Positions 10,701 to 20,515 of a stretch of 64,000 nucleotides of DNA are shown here, piece after piece. The notes beneath the pieces are model-generated. The model did not search any database, had not been told where the DNA came from, and saw nothing but the letters and a program-made list of their open reading frames with translations. A program made the position numbers and the translations under genes. The first letter of the stretch is position 1; each line of letters begins with the position of its first letter. This stretch comes from an uncultured bacterium (GTDB lineage Bacteria; Krumholzibacteriota; Krumholzibacteriia; Krumholzibacteriales; Krumholzibacteriaceae): contig CAWFAD010000007.1 in assembly GCA_963813815.1 (NCBI GenBank), positions 128,001 through 192,000 on the forward strand, written 5' to 3'.

Positions 10701-11984
10701 ATGAAGAAAAAGCATTTCGTGTTCATCGGGATCGCCGTGCTCGTCGCCGTCCTCGTCGTCGTGAATCTCCGGGCGAGGCGAGAACGGGCCTTTCCCGTGC
10801 AGGCCGAGGCCGTCGCCGCGCGGGATCTCACCATGGTGATCTCGGCCTCGGGCAGCATACGGCCGAAACGGCAGGTCGACATCAGCGCGAGCACCATCGG
10901 CAAGGTGACGCGGGTCGCCGTGCGGGAGGGGGAAACGGTCGAAGAGGGCCAGTTCCTCATCCAGATTGATCCCGTCGAGCTCGAGTCGACCGTCGCGCGG
11001 CTCGCGGCGATGCTCGAGGCCTCCCGCGCGAACGAGAAGCAGGCCGCCGCGCAGGAGGCGCAGGCGAAGATCGAGCACGAGCGCACGAAAACCCTCCTCG
11101 CCGGCGGGTACCGGACGAAGGAGGAGGCGGACGCCGCCCGGACGAACTACAACGTGGCCGTTTCGAGGCTCGAGTCGCTGAAACACGAGATCGCGCAGGT
11201 GCGCGCAAACCTCGAGGCGGCGCGGCACAGCCTCAAAGAGGTCACGATCACCTCTCCCATGTCCGGCATCGTCACGCGGCGGAACGTCGAGGAGGGGGAA
11301 ATCGCGATCATGGGCACCCTCAACAATCCGGGCACGGTGCTGCTCACCATCGCCGATCTCTCGACGATCGAGGCCGAAGTCGAGGTCGACGAGACGGAGG
11401 TAACGAACATATCGCTCGGCGACCGCGGAAAGATAACGCTCGACGCCTTTCCCGACACCTCGTTCTCCGCGACGGTCACCGAGATCGGCAACAGCCCCAT
11501 CATCTCCGGCGCGAGCGCCGCGCAGCAGGGCGTCGATTTCAAGGTCATTCTCACGATCGAGAGCTCCGTTCCGAGCGTGCGTCCCGGGCTCTCGGCGGAC
11601 GCCGAGATCTCCGTCGCCGAGGCGAAGGGCGTCCCCGCGATACCCATCCAGAGCCTCACCGCGCGCCGCTCGCGCGACCTCGAGACGCGGAGCGAGCCGG
11701 CCGACACCGCGAAGGCGGATACCGCCGCGGCCGAGGCCGAGGGCGGTGGGGGAACGGCGGCGGACGATCCGGACACCGAGATCGAGGGCGTGTTCGTCGT
11801 GAAGGACGGCCGCGCGGAGTTTCGCCCCGTCACGGTCGGCATCTCGAGCCAGAAGCATTTCGAAGTGACCGCCGGTCTCGAGCCCGGCGAGATGGTCGTC
11901 ACCGGCAACTTCAAGGCCATTCGCGAGCTCCGGGACGGACAGCGCGTCAAGATCACGGGCAAGACCGAGAAGGACTCGAAGTAG
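10701..11984 (+). CDS. Efflux periplasmic adaptor subunit (MacA-like)
   Basis: N-terminal TM, barrel-sandwich VREGETVEEGQ / ITSPMSGIV, coiled coil, RPGLSA. Confidence 0.9.
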   Translation: MKKKHFVFIGIAVLVAVLVVVNLRARRERAFPVQAEAVAARDLTMVISASGSIRPKRQVDISASTIGKVTRVAVREGETVEEGQFLIQIDPVELESTVARLAAMLEASRANEKQAAAQEAQAKIEHERTKTLLAGGYRTKEEADAARTNYNVAVSRLESLKHEIAQVRANLEAARHSLKEVTITSPMSGIVTRRNVEEGEIAIMGTLNNPGTVLLTIADLSTIEAEVEVDETEVTNISLGDRGKITLDAFPDTSFSATVTEIGNSPIISGASAAQQGVDFKVILTIESSVPSVRPGLSADAEISVAEAKGVPAIPIQSLTARRSRDLETRSEPADTAKADTAAAEAEGGGGTAADDPDTEIEGVFVVKDGRAEFRPVTVGISSQKHFEVTAGLEPGEMVVTGNFKAIRELRDGQRVKITGKTEKDSK

Positions 11985-12035
11985 TCCGCCGCGGGGGGAG
12001 AGCGCGGCCGCGCGCCCGCGGCGGCCGCCGTCGCC

Positions 12036-13265
12036 ATGCTCATACTCGAGGGAATCCGCATAGCGCTTCGCGCGCTCTGGGACAACAAGCTCCGCACGGT
12101 TTTGACGCTCCTCGGCAACATCGTCGGAACGATGTCGGTCATCGCCGTCGTTTCGCTCATCAGCGGCGTCGACCATTACGTGAGCGAGGAGGTCGCCGAG
12201 CAGGGGAGCAACGTGTTCGACATCGAGCGGATCAATTACTTCGAGGCGATCACCGATCTCGACGCTTTTCTCGAGGCCGTGGCGAGAAACAAGGAGATCA
12301 CGCTCGAGGACGTCGCCTACCTCAAGTCCGCGATTCCCTCGGCCTCCTTCATCGGCGCCGCCGTGAACGCGAACGACCGTGTCGTCTTCGGCAACGAATG
12401 GCTCGAGGGCGTGTCGATCCGCGGCCGGTCCGCGGACTATCCGGCGATCGAGAACGCCGAGCTCGCCCTGGGGGCGCACCTCTCGCACCTCGAGGTCGAG
12501 CGCAGCCGCGCCGTCGCGGTGCTCGGGTGGGAGGTGTACGAGCGCGTTTTCAAGGGGCGCGACCCGATCGGCCGCAAGGTCAAGATCGGGAAACGGCATT
12601 ACACGGTGGTCGGGGTCGTCAAGGATCTCGGCACCGTCCTCGGGCAGTCGCGGAACCAGTTCGTGTTCGTTCCCGTGACGACCTTCCTCAAGGAGTACGG
12701 TTCGCACCGCTCGATCAGCGTCAAGGTGCGGGCCGCCGACATCCGCCTCATGGAGCAGGCGATCGACGAGGCGACGATGGCGATGCGGATCCGGCACCGG
12801 CTCCGGCCGCTCGAAAACAACGATTTCAGCATCTCGACGTCGCAGCAGCTCATCTCGCTCTGGGAGAAGATTTCGCAGGCGATCTTCAACGCGCTCATCT
12901 TCGTCGTGTCGATCTCGCTCGTCGTCGGCGGCATCGTTCTCATGAACGTCATGCTCGTTTCGGTCACCGAGCGGACGCGCGAGATCGGCGTTCGAAAGGC
13001 CCTCGGCGCCCGCCGGGCGAACATCGTGTGGCAGTTCATCGTCGAGTCGGTCACGCTTTCGATCGTCGGCGGCGTGATCGGAATCGTCCTCGGTTTCACG
13101 CTCGCGGCGATCATATCGCTCGTATCGCCGCTTCCGTACCTCGTCGCGCCGTGGTCGATCTTCGCCGGACTCGCGGTGACCTTCGTCATCGGGGTCGTGT
13201 TCGGCACGTATCCGGCGAACAAGGCGGCGAGGCTCGATCCGGTCGTGGCGCTTCATTACGAATAG
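12036..13265 (+). CDS. ABC transporter permease (MacB-like)
   Basis: NKLRTVLTLLGNIVG; GGIVLMNVMLVSVTERTREIGVRKALGA; LDPVVAL. Confidence 0.92.
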   Translation: MLILEGIRIALRALWDNKLRTVLTLLGNIVGTMSVIAVVSLISGVDHYVSEEVAEQGSNVFDIERINYFEAITDLDAFLEAVARNKEITLEDVAYLKSAIPSASFIGAAVNANDRVVFGNEWLEGVSIRGRSADYPAIENAELALGAHLSHLEVERSRAVAVLGWEVYERVFKGRDPIGRKVKIGKRHYTVVGVVKDLGTVLGQSRNQFVFVPVTTFLKEYGSHRSISVKVRAADIRLMEQAIDEATMAMRIRHRLRPLENNDFSISTSQQLISLWEKISQAIFNALIFVVSISLVVGGIVLMNVMLVSVTERTREIGVRKALGARRANIVWQFIVESVTLSIVGGVIGIVLGFTLAAIISLVSPLPYLVAPWSIFAGLAVTFVIGVVFGTYPANKAARLDPVVALHYE

Positions 13266-13289
13266 GCGGGCTCGATGGACGGCGGCGGC

Positions 13290-14543
13290 ATGAAAAACGA
13301 ACGGCACGCAGCGGAGGTCTGGCGGGAGAACTTCGCGCAGGCCCTTCTCGTCATCCGGACGCACCGGATGCGATCGGGGCTCCTCATACTCGGCGTCGCC
13401 ATCGGGGTCATGACGGTGCTCGGCATGGTGACGGTGCTCTCGGGGCTCGGCAAGCGGATCCAGGAGGATATCATGTCCTCGAACCGGCCGTTTCTCCACA
13501 TCGCGCGAAACGATCCCATGGCCGGCAACGAGAATTACCTCGACCGCTTTCGCCGCGAGAAGCTCACTCCCCGCGACGCCGCCGCGATCGCGGAGGAAAC
13601 GCACAGCGCGGAGAGAGTCGATTTCGAGGTGACGCCGGGCGAGGGCATGCGGGTGCTCCGGTACCAGGGAGAACGCACGAATCTCGTCCAGATCGTCGGC
13701 GTGTCGGAGAACTTTCCCTATCTCCTCAGCATTCTGATCGATGAGGGCAGGTTTTTCACCGAGTACGACATCAAGCGAAACCGGCGGGTCGTGGTGCTCG
13801 GCAGCGGTCCCGCGAAGGATCTCTTCCCGAACCGGGATCCGATCGGCAAGTGGATCCGCATCGGGAGCGTCGAATACGAGGTTATCGGCACGCTCCAGTC
13901 GCGGCGCCACTTCATCGGCAGCATCAGCGACAACTTCGGCGTCGTGCCCTACACGAGCTTCGAGAAGGATCTCTCGAGCGAGCACGACGACTACGAAATC
14001 GTCCTCTCCGTCAAACCCGAATACACCCTCGAGGAGGCGAAGGAGGAGATCACGGCGCTGCTCCGCGCCCGCAGGAAGGTCGCTCCCGGCGCCGAGAACG
14101 ATTTTCACGTTACGACCTCCGAGTCGTTCCGCGACATGGTCGCCCGCATCACGGGGTATATCGGCCTCGTGCTCATCGTCATTTCGTCGATCGGTCTCAT
14201 GGTCGGCGGGATCGGCGTGATGAACATCATGCTCATCTCCGTGACGGAGCGCACCCGGGAGATCGGCGTCCGCATGGCGCTCGGGGCGCGGCGTTCCGAC
14301 GTGCTCCAGCAGTTTCTCATCGAGGCGGCGACGCTGACCGGCACGGGCGGGATTATCGGCATCGTGCTTGGGCTCGCCATCGCGCGCGGCGTCACGCGGC
14401 TCATCCGCTTCCCCTACAGCGTTCCCGTGCTCTGGATCGTCGTGGCGTTCGTTTTCTCGGCCGGGGTCGGCATCGTATTCGGCATGTATCCGGCGAACCG
14501 CGCCGCGAAGATGGATCCGATCGAGGCGCTGCGCCGCGAGTGA
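13290..14543 (+). CDS. ABC transporter permease (MacB-like), second copy
   Basis: GGIGVMNIMLISVTERTREIGVRMALGA; MDPIEALRRE; start 13275 or 13290. Confidence 0.92.
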   Translation: MKNERHAAEVWRENFAQALLVIRTHRMRSGLLILGVAIGVMTVLGMVTVLSGLGKRIQEDIMSSNRPFLHIARNDPMAGNENYLDRFRREKLTPRDAAAIAEETHSAERVDFEVTPGEGMRVLRYQGERTNLVQIVGVSENFPYLLSILIDEGRFFTEYDIKRNRRVVVLGSGPAKDLFPNRDPIGKWIRIGSVEYEVIGTLQSRRHFIGSISDNFGVVPYTSFEKDLSSEHDDYEIVLSVKPEYTLEEAKEEITALLRARRKVAPGAENDFHVTTSESFRDMVARITGYIGLVLIVISSIGLMVGGIGVMNIMLISVTERTREIGVRMALGARRSDVLQQFLIEAATLTGTGGIIGIVLGLAIARGVTRLIRFPYSVPVLWIVVAFVFSAGVGIVFGMYPANRAAKMDPIEALRRE

Positions 14544-14573
14544 TCCTATCGGCGTCGATCGGGGCGGAAGTGC

Positions 14574-14603
14574 TTGCCACCGTCCGCCTCCCCCCGATAT
14601 ACT
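14574..14603 (+). promoter_or_regulatory. Candidate sigma70 promoter for the GWxTD2-opp-NlpC operon
   Basis: TTGCCA-N18-TATACT. Confidence 0.4.
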
Positions 14604-14658
14604 CCCCCGCAAGGAGGCCCCCGTCGCGGAGCGTTTCCGCGCCGTGGGCGCATACGGT

Positions 14659-15981
14659 ATGCGCATGACCGGCAGAGCCGCGGCGGCGACGGCGTCGCTC
14701 GTCGCCTGGTGCATCGTCGCGAGCGCCGGGGTTTCCCTCGCCCAGCCGGGTCCTGAGCGGACCCGCGAGGGGGGCTTCGAGCTTTTTCTCAACCAGGATT
14801 ACGGAGAGGGCGCGGAAAGCGTTCTCGTGGCCGGGGTGGCGATCCCGTATCGCCGTCTCGTCTTTTTCCTGCGGGAAGGGCGGTACGAGGCCCGCTACCG
14901 CGTGTACCTCGAGCTCAAGGACGAAAGCGGAAAGCTGCTGCGGGGCGAGGTGTGGGAAGAAACGGTGTCGGCGGGGAGCTTTTCGGAAACCACCTCCAGC
15001 GCCTCGCTGGCCCGCTCCTCGCGCCGGTTCCCCGCCGCCCCGGGGAAATACCGCGCCAAGGCGACGGTCGAGATCGTCGACACCTCGAGGCGGTTCACGC
15101 GGGAAGAGACGGCGCGGATCGTGGGGGGAACGGGGGGGCGTCTCGAGCTCTCGAATCCGTCGTTCTACGCGGGCGCTCCGGATTCCCTCGCGGCCGGACC
15201 GACCGCGGACGCGATCGGGTTCTCGCTCTGCGGGAGGGACAGCGCCGCGATCGCGGGCGCCTCGCAGGCCTCGGTTTTCGAGCAGCCGGGCGTCTCCGCC
15301 CGCGTCAGATACGATCTCTTCGTGCCGGAGGGGGAGGCGGGGCGGCGGATCGTGTTTTCGACGCGCATCCGCGGCGCCTCCGGCGCGGTCGTCCGCTACC
15401 ACCGCGCCGTCCTCTCGGATCGCCGGCCGGGCGCCGAGGCGCTCTGTCTCGACCTCCGCATCGACGACTGGCGGATCGGATACTACACGATCGAGAACGT
15501 CGTCGAATCGCCCGCCGCGGGCCAGCGGCAGGAGGCGGGAGGCCGGTTTCTCATCCTCTTCAACGGAGGGCTCCTCGGGAAGCATATCGCGGATTGCGCG
15601 ACGCTCCTTTCCATGGTCGCGGATAAGGACGAGGCGGCGGGGGTGACGGATGCCCCCCCAGGCGAGCGCCTGCGCGCCTGGGGGGAGTTCTGGCGCAAAC
15701 GCGACCCCACGCCCCAGACGAGGGCGAACGAGGCGTTCGGGGAGTTTCTCGAGCGGCTGCGGCACGTTCTCGAGAGCTACTCCCGCAGGGAGCCCGGCTT
15801 TCGGACCGATCGCGGCAGGATCTATATCGAAAACGGCCCGCCCGACCGGATCGAGAGCCGCTCCGAGGCGGGCGCCCAGACCTACGAGCTCTGGTTCTAC
15901 ACGAGGAAAGGCGTTGTGTACATCTTCGAGGACGCGATCGGAAGCGACGATTTCCGGTTGGTCGCGACGAGGCTGATATGA
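14659..15981 (+). CDS. Second GWxTD domain-containing protein
   Basis: Signal peptide; FWRKRDPTPQTRANE..GFRTDRGRIYIENGPPD..YELWFY..YIFED. Confidence 0.82.
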   Translation: MRMTGRAAAATASLVAWCIVASAGVSLAQPGPERTREGGFELFLNQDYGEGAESVLVAGVAIPYRRLVFFLREGRYEARYRVYLELKDESGKLLRGEVWEETVSAGSFSETTSSASLARSSRRFPAAPGKYRAKATVEIVDTSRRFTREETARIVGGTGGRLELSNPSFYAGAPDSLAAGPTADAIGFSLCGRDSAAIAGASQASVFEQPGVSARVRYDLFVPEGEAGRRIVFSTRIRGASGAVVRYHRAVLSDRRPGAEALCLDLRIDDWRIGYYTIENVVESPAAGQRQEAGGRFLILFNGGLLGKHIADCATLLSMVADKDEAAGVTDAPPGERLRAWGEFWRKRDPTPQTRANEAFGEFLERLRHVLESYSRREPGFRTDRGRIYIENGPPDRIESRSEAGAQTYELWFYTRKGVVYIFEDAIGSDDFRLVATRLI

Positions 15982-17546
15982 CCGTTCCGAGGGCGCGACG
16001 GCGTCTTGTCGGCATCCCGGCGCTCGTCCTCGCCGCGGCGGTCGCCGCCTCCTGCGCGCGACAGGGCGGGGAGGACACGCTGCGCCTCTCGCTCCAGACC
16101 GAGCCGAGCACCCTCGATCCGGCTTTCTGCGTCGACGTGTCGTCCGGCGCCGTATCCTCCCTCGTTCACGCGACGCTCGTGTCGTTCGATAACGACGCCC
16201 GTGTCGTTCCCGGTCTCGCGCGGCGGTGGGAGATCGGGGATGAGGGGCGCGAGTACACCTTTCATCTCGGCACGGATCGTTTCTCGAATGGCCGGCGCAT
16301 CGCCGCCGCCGACGTCGTGTATTCCTTCCGCCGCTTGCTCGATCCGTCGACGGCCTCCCCGCGCTGGTGGCTGCTGCGGCCGGCGAAGGGGGCGGCGGCG
16401 TTTCACGGGGGCGGCTCGTGGAGCGACGAGACGGCGAGGGTCGCCGACGATTCGACCGTCGTCATCCGTCTCGAGGCGCCGGCGCCTCATTTCCTCGGGC
16501 TGCTGGCCATGCCGTCGGCCGGCGTCGTGTGCCGCGAGGAGGTCGAGCGTCTCGGACCCCTCTACGGGCGCCGGCCCGCCGGGAGCGGGCCGTGGAGCCT
16601 CGCCTCCTGGCGCGAGGGGGACGAGATCGCCCTCGTGCCGAATCCCGGCTGGGACGGCAAGCGCCCCGGGATCGCCGCCATTTCCTTCCGCATCATTCCC
16701 GAGCAGATGACCCAGATCGCGGAGTTCGAGGTGGGCTCGCTCGATCTCATCGAAGTGCCCCGCGCCGAGCTCGAGCACTGGAGGGCGGCCGGCATGGAGC
16801 TGCGCTCCCGCGACGAGCTGCGCGTCGTGTACATCGGGCTCAACACGAGGCGTCCGCCGCTCGACGATCCGCGCGTGAGACGGGCTCTGAACCACGCCGT
16901 CGACGTCGAGAAGATCATCGCGCAGGTTCTTTTCGGAGCGGGGCGTCGCTCGCGCGGCGTCGTTCCACCGGGGTTGCGGCGGTGGGAGGAGCCGGCCGAG
17001 CGCTACCCGTACGATCCGGCCGAGGCGCGGCGCCTTCTCGTCGAAGCCGGTCTCGCGGAAGGATTCCAGCTGGAGATCTGGCAGCGCGAGAACCCCGAGG
17101 CGGGGCGCATCCTCGAGGCGGTGCAGGCGTATCTCGCCCGAGTCGGGGTCGAGGCGAGGCTCGTGACGCGGGAGTGGAGCGCCCTCAAGGAAGCGATCGA
17201 TCTCGGAACGCCCGACGCGTTCTACCTCGACTGGATCGCCGATTATCCCGACGCGGAGAATTTTCTCGCGCCTCTCTTTCATTCCGCGAACGCCGGCGGG
17301 GGCGGAAACCGCACGGGGTATCGGGACGCGCGGGTCGATTCGCTGCTCGACGCCGCGGCGACGCTCATGGACGAGGAGCGGCGGGCGGCGTGCCAGCGCT
17401 CGGTCGAGGAGATCGTGTACCGAGACGCGCCGTGGCTCTTCCTGTGGTTTCCCGAGCGGTTCGAGATGACGTCCCCCCGCGTTTCGGGGTACGAGATCCC
17501 GCTCATCTTCAACGCCCAGCGGTATCTCGACGTGCGGCTTCGGTAG
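15978..17546 (+). CDS. Peptide ABC transporter substrate-binding lipoprotein (SBP family 5)
   Basis: Lipobox AASC; EPSTLDP; GSGPW; DPRVRRALNHAVD; WIADYPDAENFL. Confidence 0.9.
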   Translation: MTVPRARRRLVGIPALVLAAAVAASCARQGGEDTLRLSLQTEPSTLDPAFCVDVSSGAVSSLVHATLVSFDNDARVVPGLARRWEIGDEGREYTFHLGTDRFSNGRRIAAADVVYSFRRLLDPSTASPRWWLLRPAKGAAAFHGGGSWSDETARVADDSTVVIRLEAPAPHFLGLLAMPSAGVVCREEVERLGPLYGRRPAGSGPWSLASWREGDEIALVPNPGWDGKRPGIAAISFRIIPEQMTQIAEFEVGSLDLIEVPRAELEHWRAAGMELRSRDELRVVYIGLNTRRPPLDDPRVRRALNHAVDVEKIIAQVLFGAGRRSRGVVPPGLRRWEEPAERYPYDPAEARRLLVEAGLAEGFQLEIWQRENPEAGRILEAVQAYLARVGVEARLVTREWSALKEAIDLGTPDAFYLDWIADYPDAENFLAPLFHSANAGGGGNRTGYRDARVDSLLDAAATLMDEERRAACQRSVEEIVYRDAPWLFLWFPERFEMTSPRVSGYEIPLIFNAQRYLDVRLR

Positions 17547-17557
17547 GAGGTGGGGCG

Positions 17558-18496
17558 GTGTACCGGTATGCGTTGCGTCGGCTCGCTCTTCTCGTTCCGA
17601 TACTGCTCGGCGTGGCGACGCTCACCTTTATCCTCATGTACGTCGTTCCCGGCGACCCCGTCCGGGCGATCGCGGGAGAGCGGTACGACGAAGCGACGAT
17701 AGAAATAATGCGGCACGAGCTCGGGCTCGACCGTCCGCTCCTCGTGCGGTACGTCGACTTCCTCGGGCGCACCGCGCGGTTCGACCTCGGCCGCTCGTTC
17801 GTCACCAGGCGCCCGGTGGCTGACGCCATCCGCGAGCGATTTCCGCGCACCGCGCTGCTCGCCGGAAGCGCCATGCTCATCGCGGTCGCGGGCGGCGTCG
17901 CGATCGGCGCCCTCGCCGCGTGGGGAAAAGCGCCGCTTCTCGCGAAAACGCTCATGGGAGTCTCCCTGGTCGGCGTCTCGATGCCGGTGTTCTGGCTCGG
18001 CCTCCTGCTCATCTACCTTTTCGCCATCGAGCTGCGAATCCTTCCCCCTTCGGGATACGGCGGCGGATCTCCCGCGCACCTCGTGCTGCCCGCCATCACG
18101 CTTTCCTTCGCGTCGATGGCGACGATCGCCCGCGTGACCCGTTCGGGATTCCTCGACGCGCTCGGCGAGGATTACGTCCGGACGGCGCGCGCGAAGGGGC
18201 TCGGAGAGCGCGCCGTGCTCGCGAAACACGTCCTCCGCAACGCGCTCGTTCCCGTCGTGACGATCGTCGGAACCGATTTCGGGAGCTACCTCAGCGGCTC
18301 GGTGCTCACCGAATCCGTGTTCGGCTGGCCCGGGCTCGGCCGCCTCGTCGTGCAGGCGATCCTGAAACGCGATTTTCCGGTCATTCAGGGGACCATTCTT
18401 TTCATGGCCGTTCTCTTCGTGCTCGTGAACCTCGCGGTGGATCTCAGCTACGGCCTCATCGACCCGCGAATACGCTCGGGGGGTGGCGAGCGATGA
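17558..18496 (+). CDS. Peptide ABC transporter permease (OppB/DppB-like)
   Basis: PGDP; DYVRTARAKGL; ESVFGWPGLGRL; DPRIR. Confidence 0.92.
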   Translation: MYRYALRRLALLVPILLGVATLTFILMYVVPGDPVRAIAGERYDEATIEIMRHELGLDRPLLVRYVDFLGRTARFDLGRSFVTRRPVADAIRERFPRTALLAGSAMLIAVAGGVAIGALAAWGKAPLLAKTLMGVSLVGVSMPVFWLGLLLIYLFAIELRILPPSGYGGGSPAHLVLPAITLSFASMATIARVTRSGFLDALGEDYVRTARAKGLGERAVLAKHVLRNALVPVVTIVGTDFGSYLSGSVLTESVFGWPGLGRLVVQAILKRDFPVIQGTILFMAVLFVLVNLAVDLSYGLIDPRIRSGGGER

Positions 18497-19347
18497 TCGG
18501 CGCCGCCGGGCTCGTTCGCCGGCTCCTCCGCATGCCCGCCGCCGCGGCGGGGCTCGCGATCCTCGTCGTCGTCGTGGGGGGGGCGCTTTTCGCCGGCGTC
18601 ATAGCCCCCGTTTCCCACGATCTCATCGACCTCGACGCGTCGCTCCGCCCCCCTTCGGCGGCGCATCCGTTCGGCACGGATCCGTTCGGCCGGGACGTGC
18701 TGGCCCGCGTTCTCCACGGCGCGAGGATCTCGCTCGGTGTCGGATTCCTCGCGCGCACGATATCGCTCGCTCTCGGGCTCTTTCTGGGCGCGCTCGCGGG
18801 GTACTTCGGCGGCAAGCTCGACTCGGCGATCATGCGGCTCGCCGACATCACCTTCGCGTACCCGGCGCTGCTCCTGCTCATCGCGATCATCGCCGTCGTG
18901 TCGCCGGGGATCGTATCGCTTTTCGTGACGCTCGGGGTGGTGGGGTGGGCCTCCGTCGCGCGCCTCGTCCGGGCGCAGGTGCTTTCGGTGAAGGAGCGGG
19001 AGTACGTGCAGGCGGCCCGGGCTGCGGGCGCCGGGCACGCGGCGCTGCTCATCCGGCATATCCTGCCCGCGTGTCTCGCGCCCGTTCTCATCGTCTACAC
19101 GATGGGGCTCGGCATGACGATCATGGCCGAGGCGTCCCTCAGCTTTCTCGGTCTCGGGGTGCAGCCGCCGGCCCCGAGCTGGGGCGGAATGATCTCCGGC
19201 GGCATCGTTTTCATGCGAACGGCGCCGTGGCTCACGATGTTTCCCGGTCTCGTGCTGACGCTCACCGTGTGCGCGCTGAACCTCGTCGGGGACGGACTGC
19301 GCGACGCGCTGAGCCCGCGTCTCGCCTCCGTCGACGGGAGCCGATGA
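18493..19347 (+). CDS. Peptide ABC transporter permease (OppC/DppC-like)
   Basis: HPFGTDPFGRDVLAR; EASLSFLGLGVQPP; GDGLRDAL. Confidence 0.92.
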   Translation: MIGAAGLVRRLLRMPAAAAGLAILVVVVGGALFAGVIAPVSHDLIDLDASLRPPSAAHPFGTDPFGRDVLARVLHGARISLGVGFLARTISLALGLFLGALAGYFGGKLDSAIMRLADITFAYPALLLLIAIIAVVSPGIVSLFVTLGVVGWASVARLVRAQVLSVKEREYVQAARAAGAGHAALLIRHILPACLAPVLIVYTMGLGMTIMAEASLSFLGLGVQPPAPSWGGMISGGIVFMRTAPWLTMFPGLVLTLTVCALNLVGDGLRDALSPRLASVDGSR

Positions 19348-20415
19348 ATGGAAGAAGCCCTGAAAAGCATCGCCGGGCTCGTCGCCGCGGAGGAGCAGCG
19401 GCTCGGGCTGGACTCGAGATCGAGCTACTCGAGGGTCGCGCCCTCGTCCTTCGGCTCCGTGGAGATCGAGCTGAGCCGCGAGGAAGTGCTGCGCTCGGTC
19501 GCCGAAAGCCTCGGCGGCCGCGCCGCGCTCGAATCCTCCGGAGGGAGGGAGGCCGCGCTCGACGTCTCGGGGCTCTCGGTTCGGCTGCGGCTTCTCGGCG
19601 CGGAGCGGGGGCGGTTCCTCTGGGCGACCTCGAGCGTCGCGGACGTCCGGCGCGAGGCCGCGCATTCGGCCGAGCTCCTCACGCAGCTCATCATGGGAGA
19701 GACGGCGCGAGCGCTCAAGACGCAGGGCGATTGGCACCTCGTCCGCCTCGCCGACGATTACCACGGCTGGATCCGCTCCTGGTACGTCCGCGATACGGAA
19801 GGATCGGCGGTCGACGCATACGGCTCCTCGGCGAACGCCGTCGTCGCCGCCAACGTCGGCTACGCGTACTCCGAGCCCGACGAGCGGAGCGTTCCCGTGG
19901 CGGACGTCGTCGCGGGAGTGCGGCTCGAGGCGGGAGGATCGGTGCGCGGGTTCCGCCGGGTTTCGCTGCCCGGCGGGCGGAGCGGCTTCATGCGCGAGGG
20001 GGATCTCGCGCCGCCCCCGGCCGGGCCTCCCGATAGAGCGCGTCTCGTGGAGCGCGCCCGGCGCTTTCTCGGCATACCGTATCTCTGGGGAGGAACGAGC
20101 GCGAAGGGGTTCGACTGCTCGGGGCTCGTGAAGCGGGTGTACGCGATGGAGGGAGTGCCTCTGCCGCGCGACAGCGACCAGCAGGCGCTCGTCGGCTCGC
20201 TCATTCCCCGCGGCGAGGCGGACCGCGCGGCGCCGGGGGATCTGCTCTTTTTCGGCGAGGGAGGCGCCGTTTCCCACGTGGCGATTCACGTCGGAGCGGG
20301 GACGTTCATCCATGCGCACGGCGAGGTGAGGCTCACGAGCCTCGCGCCGGGCGACGAGCGCTACGAGGAAAAATTCGCCGGTATTTTTCTCTTCGGCCGG
20401 TCGATTATCTCGTGA
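19348..20415 (+). CDS. NlpC/P60 (C40) peptidase with SH3b-like domains, YkfC/dipeptidyl-peptidase VI-like
   Basis: TQLIMGE..DDYHGWI; FLGIPYLWGGTSAKGFDCSG; LPRDSDQQ; PGDLLFF..SHVAI..FIHA. Confidence 0.88.
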   Translation: MEEALKSIAGLVAAEEQRLGLDSRSSYSRVAPSSFGSVEIELSREEVLRSVAESLGGRAALESSGGREAALDVSGLSVRLRLLGAERGRFLWATSSVADVRREAAHSAELLTQLIMGETARALKTQGDWHLVRLADDYHGWIRSWYVRDTEGSAVDAYGSSANAVVAANVGYAYSEPDERSVPVADVVAGVRLEAGGSVRGFRRVSLPGGRSGFMREGDLAPPPAGPPDRARLVERARRFLGIPYLWGGTSAKGFDCSGLVKRVYAMEGVPLPRDSDQQALVGSLIPRGEADRAAPGDLLFFGEGGAVSHVAIHVGAGTFIHAHGEVRLTSLAPGDERYEEKFAGIFLFGRSIIS

Positions 20416-20465
20416 CGAACTTCCGCCGACCGCGGAGGGAGAGGAGGTCGATTTTCACGAAATTG

Positions 20466-20515
20466 AAAAAATTGTTAAAAAATTGTTGACAATTATTTTT
20501 CATGTGCCGTAAGGT
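20466..20515 (+). promoter_or_regulatory. Promoter with tandem 11-bp repeats and a palindrome over the -35 box
   Basis: AAAAAATTGTT x2 (20466-20487); AATTGT-TG-ACAATT (20481-20494) containing TTGACA; candidate -10 TAAGGT; AT-rich island in a high-GC context. Confidence 0.6.

Noticed and set aside
9870..14792. 1640-aa minus-strand ORF, and similar long ORFs such as 53263..56397 and 32213..34423
   Set aside because: Antisense shadows of well-supported plus-strand genes; stop codons are scarce at high GC; no recognisable motifs
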